The notes beneath the pieces are model-generated. The model had not been told where the DNA came from, ran no database searches, and saw only the letters and a list, made by a program, of their open reading frames with translations. The translations under genes and the position numbers were made by a program. Source: Hydrolagus colliei (lineage: Eukaryota). Taken from it: a stretch of DNA of 64,000 bases. Shown in pieces: positions 52,410 to 64,000 of the stretch (position 1 is its first letter; each line of letters starts with the position of its first letter). The stretch is from positions 2,728,001 to 2,792,000 of the forward strand of contig CM068757.1 of the NCBI GenBank assembly GCA_035084275.1, written 5' to 3'.

Positions 52410-52640
52410 TACACATGGTCTTCTGGAAGCCGACTGCACTGTGATGAATTGCGAATGGAACCAGGCAGGTCAAAAGGGAACTGTCTCAAAACTAACCAGG
52501 CTGTGCATTTGGTTTTCTTATTGTTGCTGCTGTTTTCTATAATTTAAATGGGGGAGGTGAAGGTGTGTGTGCTGCGGTCAAAACGCCAGTTCACAATGAG
52601 TCAAATTCAACTTGTGTGTGCCTTAATTGAAGGCACACAC

Positions 52641-52855
52641 AATCTGGAATGCATTGCCTGAAAAGGTGGTGGAGGCTGATTCGATAACAACTTTTAAAAG
52701 GGAATTAGATCTTTATTTAGGGAGAACGGGTCTATTAGGCTATGGGGAGTGGGCAGGGCAGTGGGATTGAATCGCTCTTTTCAAAGAGCCGGCACAGACT
52801 AGATGGGCCGAATGGCCTCCTTTTGTGCCGTAAAATTCTATGATTCTATGATTCT
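52641..52855 (+). mobile_element. Young CR1 LINE 3' end (215 bp)
   Basis: By eye it differs from the reverse complement of 34753-34968 at one position (gagCggg vs gagTggg). (ATTCTATG)n tail; flanks aaggcacacac / aaggcaaacac. Confidence 0.95.
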
Positions 52856-53726
52856 AAGGCAAACACCAGTGAATTTTTTTTTCACTTCATGTTAACTTTT
52901 TCCGATTGGGTTCAATAACTCACAAGTGGCACTACCCCTGTACAATTGGTACCCCCTTTTTTTTCATTGTTATTTCACCTTGCAGGCACAAATGGAGCCA
53001 AACTGCTTTTTGATGCGTTTTGCTGATCCCTGTTGTTTGCGGGCTTTTAACTGAGTTAAAGAAAACAAGGCCGATTTAAATCAAACTTGAAATGTTTTAA
53101 CAGTATGTGCAATGTTTTGCCAGGAGATGTGTTAGAACCATTTCCATAAGGACAGAAGATTTGGGTGGCCTCCAGCTGAATTGAGACTTTCTTGTTGAAG
53201 TCTTAAGGAGCCAGACATTCATTCCCAACTTTAGATGAGTTGGACTTTGGGCTACGTGCCCTCCTGGAATTGACTTTAACACCACAACCTCTCAGTATGT
53301 GTTACCTGCTCAGCTAAGTCTGTAGTTCTGAGCCCCAGTTGGTTACAGGTTATTTGGGCGCTAACATTATGGAACAGTTTGTGTTCTGCTTCCTCTGATC
53401 TTTCACATGACATACTTTATCTGTAATGGCTTTGCCACTAAATTCAAAGCTGAAATAATTTTTAGAGTGTTTCAAGTCCATTACAAAGACATAATCCCTA
53501 AAGGTTTCTCTAATTCTGGGTAAGCGTAATGATTGGTCTCGAAAATAATCATGAGCACCAACACATGTTGTTTTTGCAGATGCGAACAGCTAAATGGGTG
53601 CAACAGTGATATTGGTGAGAGTTCTTCGAAATCAGTGACTCATCTCCAAGTTGTTGTCAGCGCCAACAGTGGTAACTTTTCTGAGCTGTGGGTCTAACTG
53701 GTAATTTGTCTTCCACATCGTGGGCT

Positions 53727-53831
53727 TCATCCACAAATATACAGGCAATTAAATTTACAGTAAATTCTGTGAAGCGCTTTGTGTCGTCTTGAAGACGCGA
53801 AAAGTGCCACATCAAATGCGAGGATTATTAT
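53727..53831 (+). mobile_element. SINE A 3' fragment
   Basis: ccacaaatatacagg...ctgtgaagcgctttg...atcaaatgcgaggattattat. Confidence 0.85.
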
Positions 53832-55477
53832 AAAGTCTGTTTTTATCAGTAACGCAAGACTTGATCCACACATTCGACAATCAGATGTTGCAACGGTATC
53901 TACTGAGCTTGAAACCTTGGACCACACTTACCAATTGGATGCACTGAATCCTCTTTCCTTAAAAATTTGGGTTTAGAACCTGTCACCTGGCCACTTCACC
54001 ATACAATATGCCAGGCAGAGAGTGGGTGGCTTTGCTCCCGGCAGCAAACCTTTCGGGAAGATTTGCAGTGGTCCACTGGGTGAATGCCAGTCGTAGGACA
54101 TGTAATTTGTTCTGTTTGACAATGCGAGCCTGTAGCTGCATTGAAGGTATTGTCGAAACTCTCAGTTCTGTCGTGTAAGGTGGGGGTTGGGGGAAGGTGG
54201 ATCGGGAGCAGGATTTGTTTGGTCACGAAAGGTAATATAGAATGTGCTGTAAAATTCCCTTTGTGTATCTTTCCAACTAATTAAAAGAACTATTTGTTAT
54301 GGGAATTGCAGCGTATATAATGTAGTACAAGACAGCCAGCAGCATTTTGTGTCATAAATTGCTGCAAACACGATACCTCCATCTCCTACCATGAGTCATG
54401 TTTATACAGTAGTAATTTTTTCATACGAGACGATATGAGGGGAATAGTATTCCACTGGGAAATATAACCTTGTGTAAGTCAGTCTGACTACTTTCCGAGT
54501 GACTCAATTGCAGGCATCTATTCCACGCCACATCCAGTGGCAATAAAAAGACAAAATTTAAAATAAATTATTTCTTTTGAATGGACAATAGAACAGCCGG
54601 TCAATTTGCAGCAAAATAATCACCTGGGCAACAAGGCTCAGGCTTTCGTTTGGTTTGGAGAGAAGTAGAAGTTTAAGCAAATGTGGTTTGGCAAAATAAG
54701 AAAGGAAACTTATTTAAAGAAAGCTGGAGTAGGACAGAGGTAGGACATTGGTATGATTTGATGTTGTTTACTTATTGCTTTTTTTAAGAAAATAGATTTA
54801 CAAACCATGGAAATGGAATAGACATTCGCCCACACAACACGCACATTCGCTGCACTTAACGGTATAGATACTGTAAAACATGTTTAAGATGTCCTCCGGA
54901 TTGCAAAAGGTAGTCATCCCAGGTGTAAGGATTATTATAATTTGCGCATTCACAGGAACCATCACCTCAGATGTGATGGACTGTACTTCTTGAATTAGTG
55001 AATTGTTCCCTCTTTTTCTGAAAACATCTCCATCCAATACACAGCCATAATAGTATAGTTTCTACAATGATGGGGATCCAGAGATATTACGCCTCCACAG
55101 ACTAGGAGGATCTGTGCCATACCATGAATATTTGACTACCTAATGCATAATCATTTGGCAGCACTGTTCTTTACCTGTTCCCTGGTTTGAGACCTAATGC
55201 AAAATTCATGGAGTCTCTCGGGGGATTGGAAGCTTCATAAATCTTGAATTATGCTTAACAATGTTATAGATGTACACTAACCTGATCTGTTCCTACTGTT
55301 AGAAATAAGCCTACAACAGACAGAATATAAGAAATGTTATCTTTGCTCATTACAAACATCTGTTTTTTCATGCAAACTGCATAACTGCAATTGCATACAA
55401 ACATGAATTACTTTCAGTCCAACCCATTAAACCAATTATGTGGAACATTTCAGGCTTCGGGCTGTGTGTGTGTGTGT

Positions 55478-55601
55478 GCTCGACTACGCCAATGCCCTGC
55501 TTGCCGGCCTTCCCAATTCCTCCCTCCATAGGCTGCAGATAATCCAGGAAGCTGCGGCCCGTGTCCTCTACCACTCCAAATTCCGTGACCCCATTCTCAC
55601 C
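55478..55601 (+). mobile_element. L2 LINE ORF2 internal fragment
   Basis: Translates LDYANALLAGLPNSSLHRLQIIQEAAARVL, matching the L2 motif LDYCN.LL.GLP....RLQ.IQNAAAR. Confidence 0.85.
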
Positions 55602-55935
55602 AGGAAGGAATTGGGAAGGCTGGCAAGGGAGGAAGCAAAATGAAGGGACTGTGGGATGGAGTTCCAGAGTGTGGGGGCAGAGAGGCTGAAAGCCCATCCA
55701 CCAATGGTAGGGCCGGTCGGGCAGGTGACATGGAGCAGACCGGAGTCCGTTGAACGGACAGGGTTAGGCAGGTTCATAGGGAGTCAGCGGGTCAGAGAGA
55801 TAGGAGGGGGCAAGACCGTGAATGGTCTTGAAAGTGAGGATGAGGATCTTGAATTCGATCTTCTGGGAGATGGGGAGCCAACAGAGCCAGGCGAGGGTGG
55901 GAGTGATGTGATTGTGGAGCTTGGTGCGGGACATA
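55602..55935 (-). mobile_element. L2 LINE ORF2 C-terminal fragment (frameshifted)
   Basis: RTKLHNHITPTLAWLCWLPISQKIEFKILILTFKTIHGLAPSYLSD, then RSTDSGLL...IGGWAFSLSAPTLWNSIP. Confidence 0.9.
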
Positions 55936-57321
55936 GGCTTTGAAACCCACAATTTTTGCTTCAAAGGTGAGAGTGCCAGCAACTGAAGTATCGGCTGACA
56001 CGTAAATCAAGGCAACATAAAAGGATGTTTTTACTGCATCATTTTACCTTGTGAATTATTAAGGGTATAGCTTCCTTCATGCAGCTCTGTGATTCACTGT
56101 GTGACATGCATCACCTTCTCAGAAATGTATAGACATTGCCAGCAGATGGGATAATGGTTTGTTAGCATCTGCTCCAAGTGTTTGTGAAGTAATGTGACAG
56201 CTTAGCTGTTGTGATCAGTGCAGTTATACATGTTGGTATTGTTCATATGGCACCTTCCGTGCATCAAAGCGTTGAGGTGAACTCTAGGTATTAGCATGTT
56301 TGATTTTCTACAAAGAGCAAAAGTAGTTCATTCCTTTGGGAAATGTTCCTGTGAATTATGGAGTTGAATAATGGATAACAGAGCAAAAATTTCAAGTTTG
56401 AAAAATAATGAAAGAGTACAGGTGATGTCATTGACTCAATCTGAACTAGATTATGGTCTTTAAATTACTTCTATCTGTTATTTCCTTGGTGCGGACATGA
56501 TTGCAGTCTTTATGAAACACTTCCCTCCATCTGTTATTTATGCTGGTCATCTCTTCCGAGACGCTGTTTCGAAGCTACGGATATGGTTGTCCTTGGTATA
56601 TGATGATTGTGTTTCCTTTATGTTTGCTGCAGTTATCTGTCTGTTGTCATCTTATTTCTCACTGGCAGAAAACCCATGTGTTTACACTGCACATTGGTTG
56701 CCAAAATCCCAGCCATGTGGCACCAGTATTCCCACTGCAGCCACCTGGAGGTGCTCTAATGTGCTGCAGTACATTCCCAGCAGCTAACAATTGCACTGGG
56801 CTTGCTCACATCATTATGTCCAGTCAATCCTAATTATACTGTGGCTTGTCCTACCTACAGTATCTTTTGAGAGGCAAGGAGAGTGACCATTGCAAACCGC
56901 TGTCATGGCAAAGCTGAGAGACTGGGTGATGTGTCCAAGATTTTTCAGAAGCAGTGGCAGCTAAGACCAACAAGACAGACAGTGTTAATCAGAGCTTTCT
57001 CATTAATTTCTAGGATTCAATGGAGTATTTTTTATGAGGCTTTTTTCAGTGTGAAATGTTCTGGGCAAGCTTGTTGTACTTCTGTCCTTTTATTTTTTGT
57101 CAATGAACACGACAAGCAAATTAACTTGTTTTTAAATGTTGAATTCTATTCAGTCCATTTTTATCTGCTTCTAAGTCAACATTTACCCCCTGAATATGAT
57201 TTTTATTTTGTTTTTTTTATATAAAAACAGAATGTAGAAAGTGACAGCCTAGCTAAATAAAACTGAGCATAAAATAGTGATAGCTTTATTGTGATTGATG
57301 TCACAAGGTCTCTTTAATGAG

Positions 57322-57583
57322 AGCCTTACTCCACACACTCTGGATACCTAGCAGTAAATAGGAACCTGGTTGTAAGTCGATTGGCGGATTGCTTTAATGG
57401 GGTAATCATTCCTTTAAAAAAATAGGTTACTTCAATCCACGGCTGTTTATGGGACATTGCTCAATTGACTGCCACATTTTGCCCACAAAGTACAGTCGAC
57501 TTACTTCACAGTATATTCTGTAAAGCGCTTTGAGACATCTCGAGGATGTGATAAGGTGCTATATCAGTTGCAAGGATTATTAT
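57322..57583 (+). mobile_element. SINE A-related older subfamily copy with extra internal segment
   Basis: ccttactccacac followed by about 60 extra bp (ggatacctagcagtaaataggaacctgg...), then the usual body and tail. Confidence 0.8.
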
Positions 57584-58654
57584 TGTGTGTGTGTGCACAG
57601 GCTGACAGTTCTTTGCTGCTTTTCAGTGCCTTTTATATGCATGATACATTGGCTTTGCTTGCAAGGGAGAAAATTCCTGCATATTAGGGTTGAGGGGGCA
57701 TATGTAAATCTTATGATTAATAATGTATAGATAATAATGTATGGAGTGGTTGCAGCGTGTACAGTTGTTGTTCTTCTGAATGTGCCGGAAATACCATGAT
57801 TAATCTGATGTAAAGTTTTAAATTGTCATGTTCTAGCACGGAACATTATAATGCATGATGAATAAGCATCGAGTTTTGGGTAAACAAAGTACTCAATTTG
57901 TGTATGTATGTTTTATTTGCTCAGGGTGAGACTCTGGGTGGGTTTTCTATGTAAATTTGATTTTTGCTGATTCTAAACACGCATGAATGAACACGGAAAG
58001 CAGATGATGCTCTGAGTACAGCACCAGTCTAAACCCAACATTATAGATAAAGGAGCCTTGCTTTAGGTATTAAGGCATTTTGTCAGTTAATGAGTGACTA
58101 CCACAGAGATTTATGATCTAGCTGTAAGATTGCCGTTTTCTGACTAACCACAAGGTAATTTACTGTCAATGGTAAGTTAAAGCCATTGAATGAAAAACTA
58201 AATGACATTATGTAAATGTAGCCCTTTAATAACTGTTAATGAGCCGCTTGACCTTTGTTAATGAATATGGCTCATTGCATAAAGGTGATAAAGTGCAGAA
58301 AATAACATTTAAACCCAAGGTTACGGGAATCGATTCAGTGTTTCACAAAGAAAGAATTTGCATACATTGGTCCAACAATTTCTGAAAGAATTTAGTCTCG
58401 GATGCTCAGTGCAACTGGAGTTGCACGTTATTATAAAAGGCAACCGAATGACCTTGAAATGATAACCTCTTTCGTAAGGAACTCAAGAGGAACGCATGAG
58501 TGGAGATGTGCTAACCAGGACAAAAATGTGCCACTGAATGGAGAGCATCCCTAATTTTAGGAATCTATTTTCTCTTAGCAAAGACCACAACAATCTCTTC
58601 TCAGGATAAATGGTAAGCTTCGTCACCTCTTTGTATGGCTGAGGATATGTCAAA

Positions 58655-59150
58655 CAAACATACAAACAAAACTTACATTTATATAGCGCCTTTCACGTCG
58701 AGAGGACATCCCAAGGCGCTGTACAGTTAGGTAGGACAAGAGCAGGGTGGGAAGGATCAGGGCAGGATAAAGAATAGTAGGAAAAGTAACTGTATATTAG
58801 TGGGCGAAACACGGCAGCCAAATTGCGCACAGCAGTGTCCCACAATCAGTCATGGAAGTGGGACTAGGGGCAAAAGGGGATAAAGAAGCAAAAGGGGAGG
58901 GGTCGAGGCAGGGGGAAGAAAAGCAGGAAAGTCGACTGTATACTTGTGGGCGAAACACGGCAGCCAAATTGCGCACAGCAGTGTCCCCACAAACAATCGC
59001 GATAATGGGGCCAGGGGAGAAAAGGGGAAAAGAGGGTAAGGGTGGAGAGGGAGGGAAAGGTGGGATGGGTTAGGGTTAGGGAGGAAGAGGGGGGAGAAAG
59101 GGGGATAATGAAGAGAGGGAGGGAAAGATGGGTGGGGGCAAGATCAGGAA
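58655..59150 (-). mobile_element. Composite L2-tailed element with two tandem copies of the SINE body module
   Basis: Reversed L2 tail at 58655-58725; the module gtgggcgaaacacggcagccaaattgcgcacagcagtgtccc at about 58781-58848 and 58926-58995, separated by purine-rich spacers. Confidence 0.75.
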
Positions 59151-61639
59151 GATCAACTCAGCTTATTGGGAGTACAGTTATATACAGTAATAGCATATGG
59201 CCCACATGGAAAACTTTTGTTTACTAATCTGAAATGGGTGTCAGAATGATGTTGTGCGGTGTGTAAATATTCCCTGTGACCATGTTCTCCGCTTATTTTG
59301 ACGTTTACAATGGAATCAATTGTCATGCCTCCCCTGATTATTATGGGTTTTAACATTTTGTTTTGGTGTAAATTTTATCCCGAGCAAAACATACAGGGTG
59401 CCCATGAAGTGCTTTTACACCCCTGTTATATAACAGCGATATGAGATATGATGGAGCAGCTCAAACAAGCTGTCAGAGAAGCATTTTGTCTTGTAATTCC
59501 ATCATGTTATGGTAGATTTAGCACCCCCAACATGTTACCAGATCATTAATTGCCATGAAAATGATGGGGCTCACCCCGATCCTCTGGGCATCTAAATCCA
59601 GTTAACCACTTGCACTCAATACAATTAAGTGCTTCCAAATACAACTAGCATCATTCTTTCACATGTTCCAGTTCTTGGTCAGTGTGCCATAGAGAGAGAA
59701 AAAAACGAAGTAATAAGGCTTTGTGAACACTGTTGTTTCTGTTGCACATGGATCCACTTAGGGTTAGTGTTGTTGTGTGACAGTGTTGACTGTGACAGAA
59801 TCTATCTGGAATTTCCATATGTCAGTGGGATGCATGGCACTCTCAGTTTGGTGCTCTTAAGCACGGTGATCGGTTTCCACATGTCCCAGCTGACCCCCCC
59901 ACCAGCCAAAAAATGTTGACTGTCCACTGATCATCAGTGCATTGATTATCAATGTAGAGAGATGAGGAGTTTTGGATGGAGGGACAGGTACTGTATGTAG
60001 TTTGTGGAACTTTGGCAGTGTTGTTACATTCTGGCAACATTCAGGGATATTTAAACGTTTGTACAAAAGGTTTTCTTCACCACAGGAAACCCTTATCCTG
60101 ATGTGATCCATAGGGAACAGTGTTGATACTGGAATCAGTATCAACTTACAACCTTAGGAAATGTATTTCCCTTGTGCAAGAAAAAGTTGATCTGAAGAAC
60201 TTCTGAGAAAACATAGTTATTTATTTTTTTAAATTCCAGTCAATAAATGTATACAATTGAGAAAATAATACCTTTTAGTTGCTTCCATCATCAGGGGAGA
60301 GTCTGATAAGAAGGACTGGACTTTAAGGAATCGTTGTCATTGCCTTCAAGGTTTATCTGGACTATATCAACCGAACATAATGGACAGCAACAGAGGCCAG
60401 ATGAATTGAAATCAAAGGCTAAAATTCCATCATATTGCTGTGATTTGAAACTGAGTCTTTCCGAGGAGCCCTGTTACAGGGAATGTGAATTCTATTTCTC
60501 TTCAAATGGACACCTGATTACTTGTTGCTGTTGAATCACCGTCAAATACAGACGTATAATCGAGCGAAGAACCCCAGAAAGCAAAAGCTTGCATTTCAAC
60601 AACTCTTCATGCCAAAAGTACACAGGTTGCTTATGGCACATTTTAAACCTGCCGAATTACTCAGTATTATCCTTCGCCTACTGTGTTTCAAAAATCCATT
60701 AAAACCTAATCTTTACAACTTTAAAGGTGTCAGCTGCAAAACAACCGAGCGCTGAATCAGTGTGGAACATAAGAGGTATTATTGAAAAGATAATGGCAAC
60801 CATATGTACAATCCGAGTGTAACGTAAGTTCTATCAGATTCATTCTTTAAATGAAAAGAACTCAAGGTCATAGTAACATTATTTTCACTCTAGCGTGTGC
60901 GTGTGTCATTTTCTCCCTACCCCTGCATTAAACCAAAACAGAAGTTTACTCTGTACAAGGAGCGAGTGTGATTTTACACCTACCCTCCTACACTGCCTTG
61001 CCCAGAACATAAAAAACACCAACAGAATCAGTTTAGTTTTGATCTGATGGAAAGGAAAACAGATCTATACCACTGCAGTAAGTGATTCTGACACAAAATA
61101 CGATTGGAACTTGCTGAGATCCTTGCTGTAAGTCGCCAAAGCTAGATAGAGTGTCAAGTGTGCTGAACCTGCGCGAAGAGTAACTTTTTATCACAATTAC
61201 CTCATCGCGAAAGGCACACTAAGTCGGTCAGTTGTATAACTCGTGGGTTGTTATGAGTATAACAAAGGAATAGAAGATACACAGTAGACTTGTGAATTAT
61301 TGATGCGTTTGAGTAGTACAATGCTAAATCTGTATGCTCACATTATTTATGTTTTCATGGCGTAGATGCAGTTCTTTCTTTGGGGTTACTCACAGAGGTC
61401 AAGAAATGCAGGATTTATTCAAGTTTACTGTATTTTTAGCACCATGCCCTCCCAACATTTTCAATTTCAGTGCTGAAGTTTCCGAAATATCTTTTAACTC
61501 ATTCAAATCTTTCAAACCTGTTGAGACGTAGCTTAATGGGCTTAAGTTTGCAACAACACATAATGGATTGACTTAAGTGAATGGGAGTGGTGAGTTGTCT
61601 ACCATTCTTCAACTAAATGCCACGTGCTCTTTTTTGTTC

Positions 61640-61790
61640 ACAAATTCATGCCCCCCCCCCACCCCCACCCCGTGGCTATTTGTGTGATTTTGATGTGCAG
61701 AATGGCTGCCATGCTCGACAGCATTTGCTGAAGCATTCTTTGAGAGAATTGTTGTTGTTGTTGTTGTTGATAGGATGCTGCGCAAAATAT
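61640..61790 (+). mobile_element. Degenerate SINE 3' remnant with (GTT)n
   Basis: atttgtgtgattttgatgtgcagaatggctgcc...tgctgaagcattctttgaga, then (gtt)n. Confidence 0.45.
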
Positions 61791-62354
61791 ACGCAATGTA
61801 TTTTAGTAAGAGGCATTCGAGCACTTATTACAGATTTGACACTGTGACCCGAACTGTTTCACAAAATGCTCCAGTTTCACCCAATCAGTCCCCACTCCTC
61901 ACAAAAGGAACTTCCACTTCCAACTCCAGCTCATTTGCACTTAATTAAGGAGTCAGTGAGTGCACCAATTTCCAAATGTTGACCTCCCACTGCTTGTAAA
62001 GTTGATTTTTTTGGTCTGTGTGCCAGGACTGTGAAGTCGATCGGGCTCTGCTACCCAATTAAAATTGATAGGTGAACATTGTATTACTTATTGAAAACGA
62101 CGCTTTGAATACTGAGATGTCAGAGCACAACATTTGGGTTCAAGGTCCATTTTTGTGCCTTGCGAGACACTGTGTTACTATGATGCTATGCAAGCCCAGG
62201 TTTGTTTGAATTGGATTGTATTAGTCAGCAAACAGAAACGGGAACAATTAAAACCGAGGAAATGTTTTCAAAGATGCACAGGATTGGAACATTTCAGCTA
62301 CTGGATAATGTCCTAAGACTCCAATCTGATGCATGCATGGTTGTATATTGGTTT

Positions 62355-62428
62355 GAAGTGCCTTGGGATGTCTTGCTGTTGTGAAAGGCGCTATACAAGT
62401 GTAATTTTGTTGTTGTTGTTGTTGTTAT
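62355..62428 (+). mobile_element. L2 3' tail fragment
   Basis: gaagtgccttgggatgtc...gtgaaaggcgctatacaagtgtaatttt(gtt)n. Confidence 0.8.
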
Positions 62429-63090
62429 TGGTGCCTCGTAAAATAAAGGTATCAATGGGTGAGCTTGCAACCATTTTGGCTTTGCTCTGGGACACCAACC
62501 GATTCAAACCTCCTTTCCCACTATCAGACGTACCTCTTTGTCTGTGCGATCTCCTTCCATTTCCACCACCACCCAACCACCCTCCACCCTCCTTATCCTT
62601 TTTAGCTACCTGCCACCCTTACCCAGATTGGGTGCCCAGTCAGCAATGTACATTACTTTGAGACTTCCCCCAATGTGAAAGGCACAATGTAAACGTGAAT
62701 TGTTTGTCTCGTTTTTCATCAAAAGAATACTCCTTGTGGTTGGTATGGCATCGATCACATAAACATATCGACAGCACTTCACAGCACGTTGATGAGACCA
62801 ATGATTCATTGTTGTAAATTGCAATTTATCGCAATTTGTAATTGACTTATTGATTGTTGCGTTAATTAACAAACCCCATGGTAAATTAACTGTTGTTTCT
62901 CTACGTGATGAATCTGCTGTCAATCAAGTAAATGAGAATCTGCCCACAATAGAAAGGAGAGTGGCGACAGTTGATGGGTTGCATAGTAAAGTGATCCGTT
63001 TTGGATGCCGGTTGCGAAACCATTGCCGTGCATTTACGTTCGCAAAGTGGGACACGATCGCTCAAGCGCAATATTTCCTTTTCCTCCCAG

Positions 63091-63284
63091 ATATTGACGA
63101 ATGTGTCACCGGAATGCACAGCTGCTGGAACGACTCTGTCTGTGTGAACTTGGAAGGTGGGTTTGACTGTCGGTGTCCGTACGGAGAGCATTGCACAGGC
63201 GACTGCCCCCACGACGGAGGGCTGAAACACAATGGACAGGTCTGGACTCTGACCGACGACCGCTGCTCCGTCTGCTCATGTCAG
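63091..63284 (+). CDS. nell1: NELL1 internal coding exon (194 nt, phase 1-0), EGF6 and start of a VWC domain
   Basis: Acceptor tttccttttcctcccag|AT, donor TCAG|gtaagt. Translates (D)IDECVTGMHSCWNDSVCVNLEGGFDCRCPYGEHCTGDCPHDGGLKHNGQVWTLTDDRCSVCSCQ; WNDS and CPH-GGLKHNGQVWTL are NELL1-type. Confidence 0.95.
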
Positions 63285-63378
63285 GTAAGTGCCTGCATTC
63301 CACGTGGCGTTATTGTAATTGGCAATGGGGGAGTTTCATTATGTCAGTGTGTTGCCCTTCTATGCCAATGCCCACCAT

Positions 63379-63522
63379 ATTCTGCTGTGCGCAATTGCCT
63401 GCCGCGTTTCTCCCACGGTTCACGTTACAGTATATTTTGTGAAGCGATTTGAGACGTCTCGAGACGTGATAAGGCGCTATATCAAATGCAAGGTTTTGTT
63501 TTATTATTGTAATTATTATTAT
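63379..63522 (+). mobile_element. SINE A-type 3' fragment in the short last intron
   Basis: tgctgtgcgcaattgcctgccgcgtttc...gtgataaggcgctatatcaaatgcaagg. Confidence 0.85.
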
Positions 63523-63838
63523 CATTCAGACAATGGCAATGCCAATGTGGTACAAATAGAATTCCTCAGCAACAAAGACTCAAGTCTGGACTGAGCTTTG
63601 GTCATGCACGTTTAGAAAAACAAGTTCCCAATGTTTCCTAAATTATACTCCATTTCGGCCTCTATTGAAAGATTTTAAGATTGCTCAAAAATGGAGAATA
63701 TTTCTCATTTCATTCTCTTTTTTGAAGCGAGTTTCTCCATAGTTTACCAAAGGGTCCATCTTACACACGAAGGAAGACGGAACTTAAGAATTGGATGGCT
63801 CCTCCTCTGACTGAAAAGTTCCTGTTTTCTCCTAACAG

Positions 63839-64000
63839 GATGGGAAGATTTTCTGCAGAAGGACAACGTGTGACTGTCGCAACACCAATGTGGATCTCTT
63901 CTGCTGTCCTGAGTGCGACACCAGAGAGACCAGCCAATGCCTGCACCAGAATGGCCATTTGGTTTACCGCAGTGGTGACCTCTGGACCTACAGCTGCCAG
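63839..64000 (+). CDS. nell1: NELL1 coding exon, partial (runs off the window end), VWC domains
   Basis: Acceptor gttttctcctaacag|GAT (phase 0). Translates DGKIFCRRTTCDCRNTNVDLFCCPECDTRETSQCLHQNGHLVYRSGDLWTYSCQ; DGKIFCRRT and CCPECDTR are NELL1-type. Confidence 0.95.

Noticed and set aside
62850-63452. 200-aa ORF as a standalone gene
   Set aside because: It is read-through of intron and SINE sequence around the 194-nt NELL1 exon; only 63091-63284 is bounded by splice sites and NELL-like.

Overview
Eukaryotic (vertebrate) genomic DNA, not a prokaryotic region: AT-rich and almost entirely intronic. It contains five + strand coding exons of a NELL1 orthologue (EGF-like repeats 3-6 and the start of the C-terminal VWC region). 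The exons have canonical GT-AG boundaries, join in one open frame, and are separated by introns of about 22.1 kb, 25.1 kb, 12.2 kb and 0.55 kb; the gene continues beyond both window ends. The introns carry a tRNA-headed SINE with an L2-type tail, older Deu-domain SINEs, L2 and CR1 LINE 3' fragments and Penelope-type remnants, a repertoire suggesting a cartilaginous fish (inference). Most ORFs in the supplied track are spurious or repeat-derived. Main leads: (1) two nearly identical, inverted young CR1 copies bracketing the symmetric 141-nt EGF exon, which also has a G-tract, a decoy AG, a UG-rich tract and a candidate recursive splice site nearby; (2) a PPT-plus-LTR remnant with a gammaretrovirus-like junction; (3) a fold-back hairpin at a CR1 5' junction; (4) repeated tail-into-tail SINE/L2 insertions; (5) decayed minimal hammerhead motifs; (6) candidate conserved enhancers. 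I found no convincing wholly new biological system. Family names were recognised from memory, not by database search.
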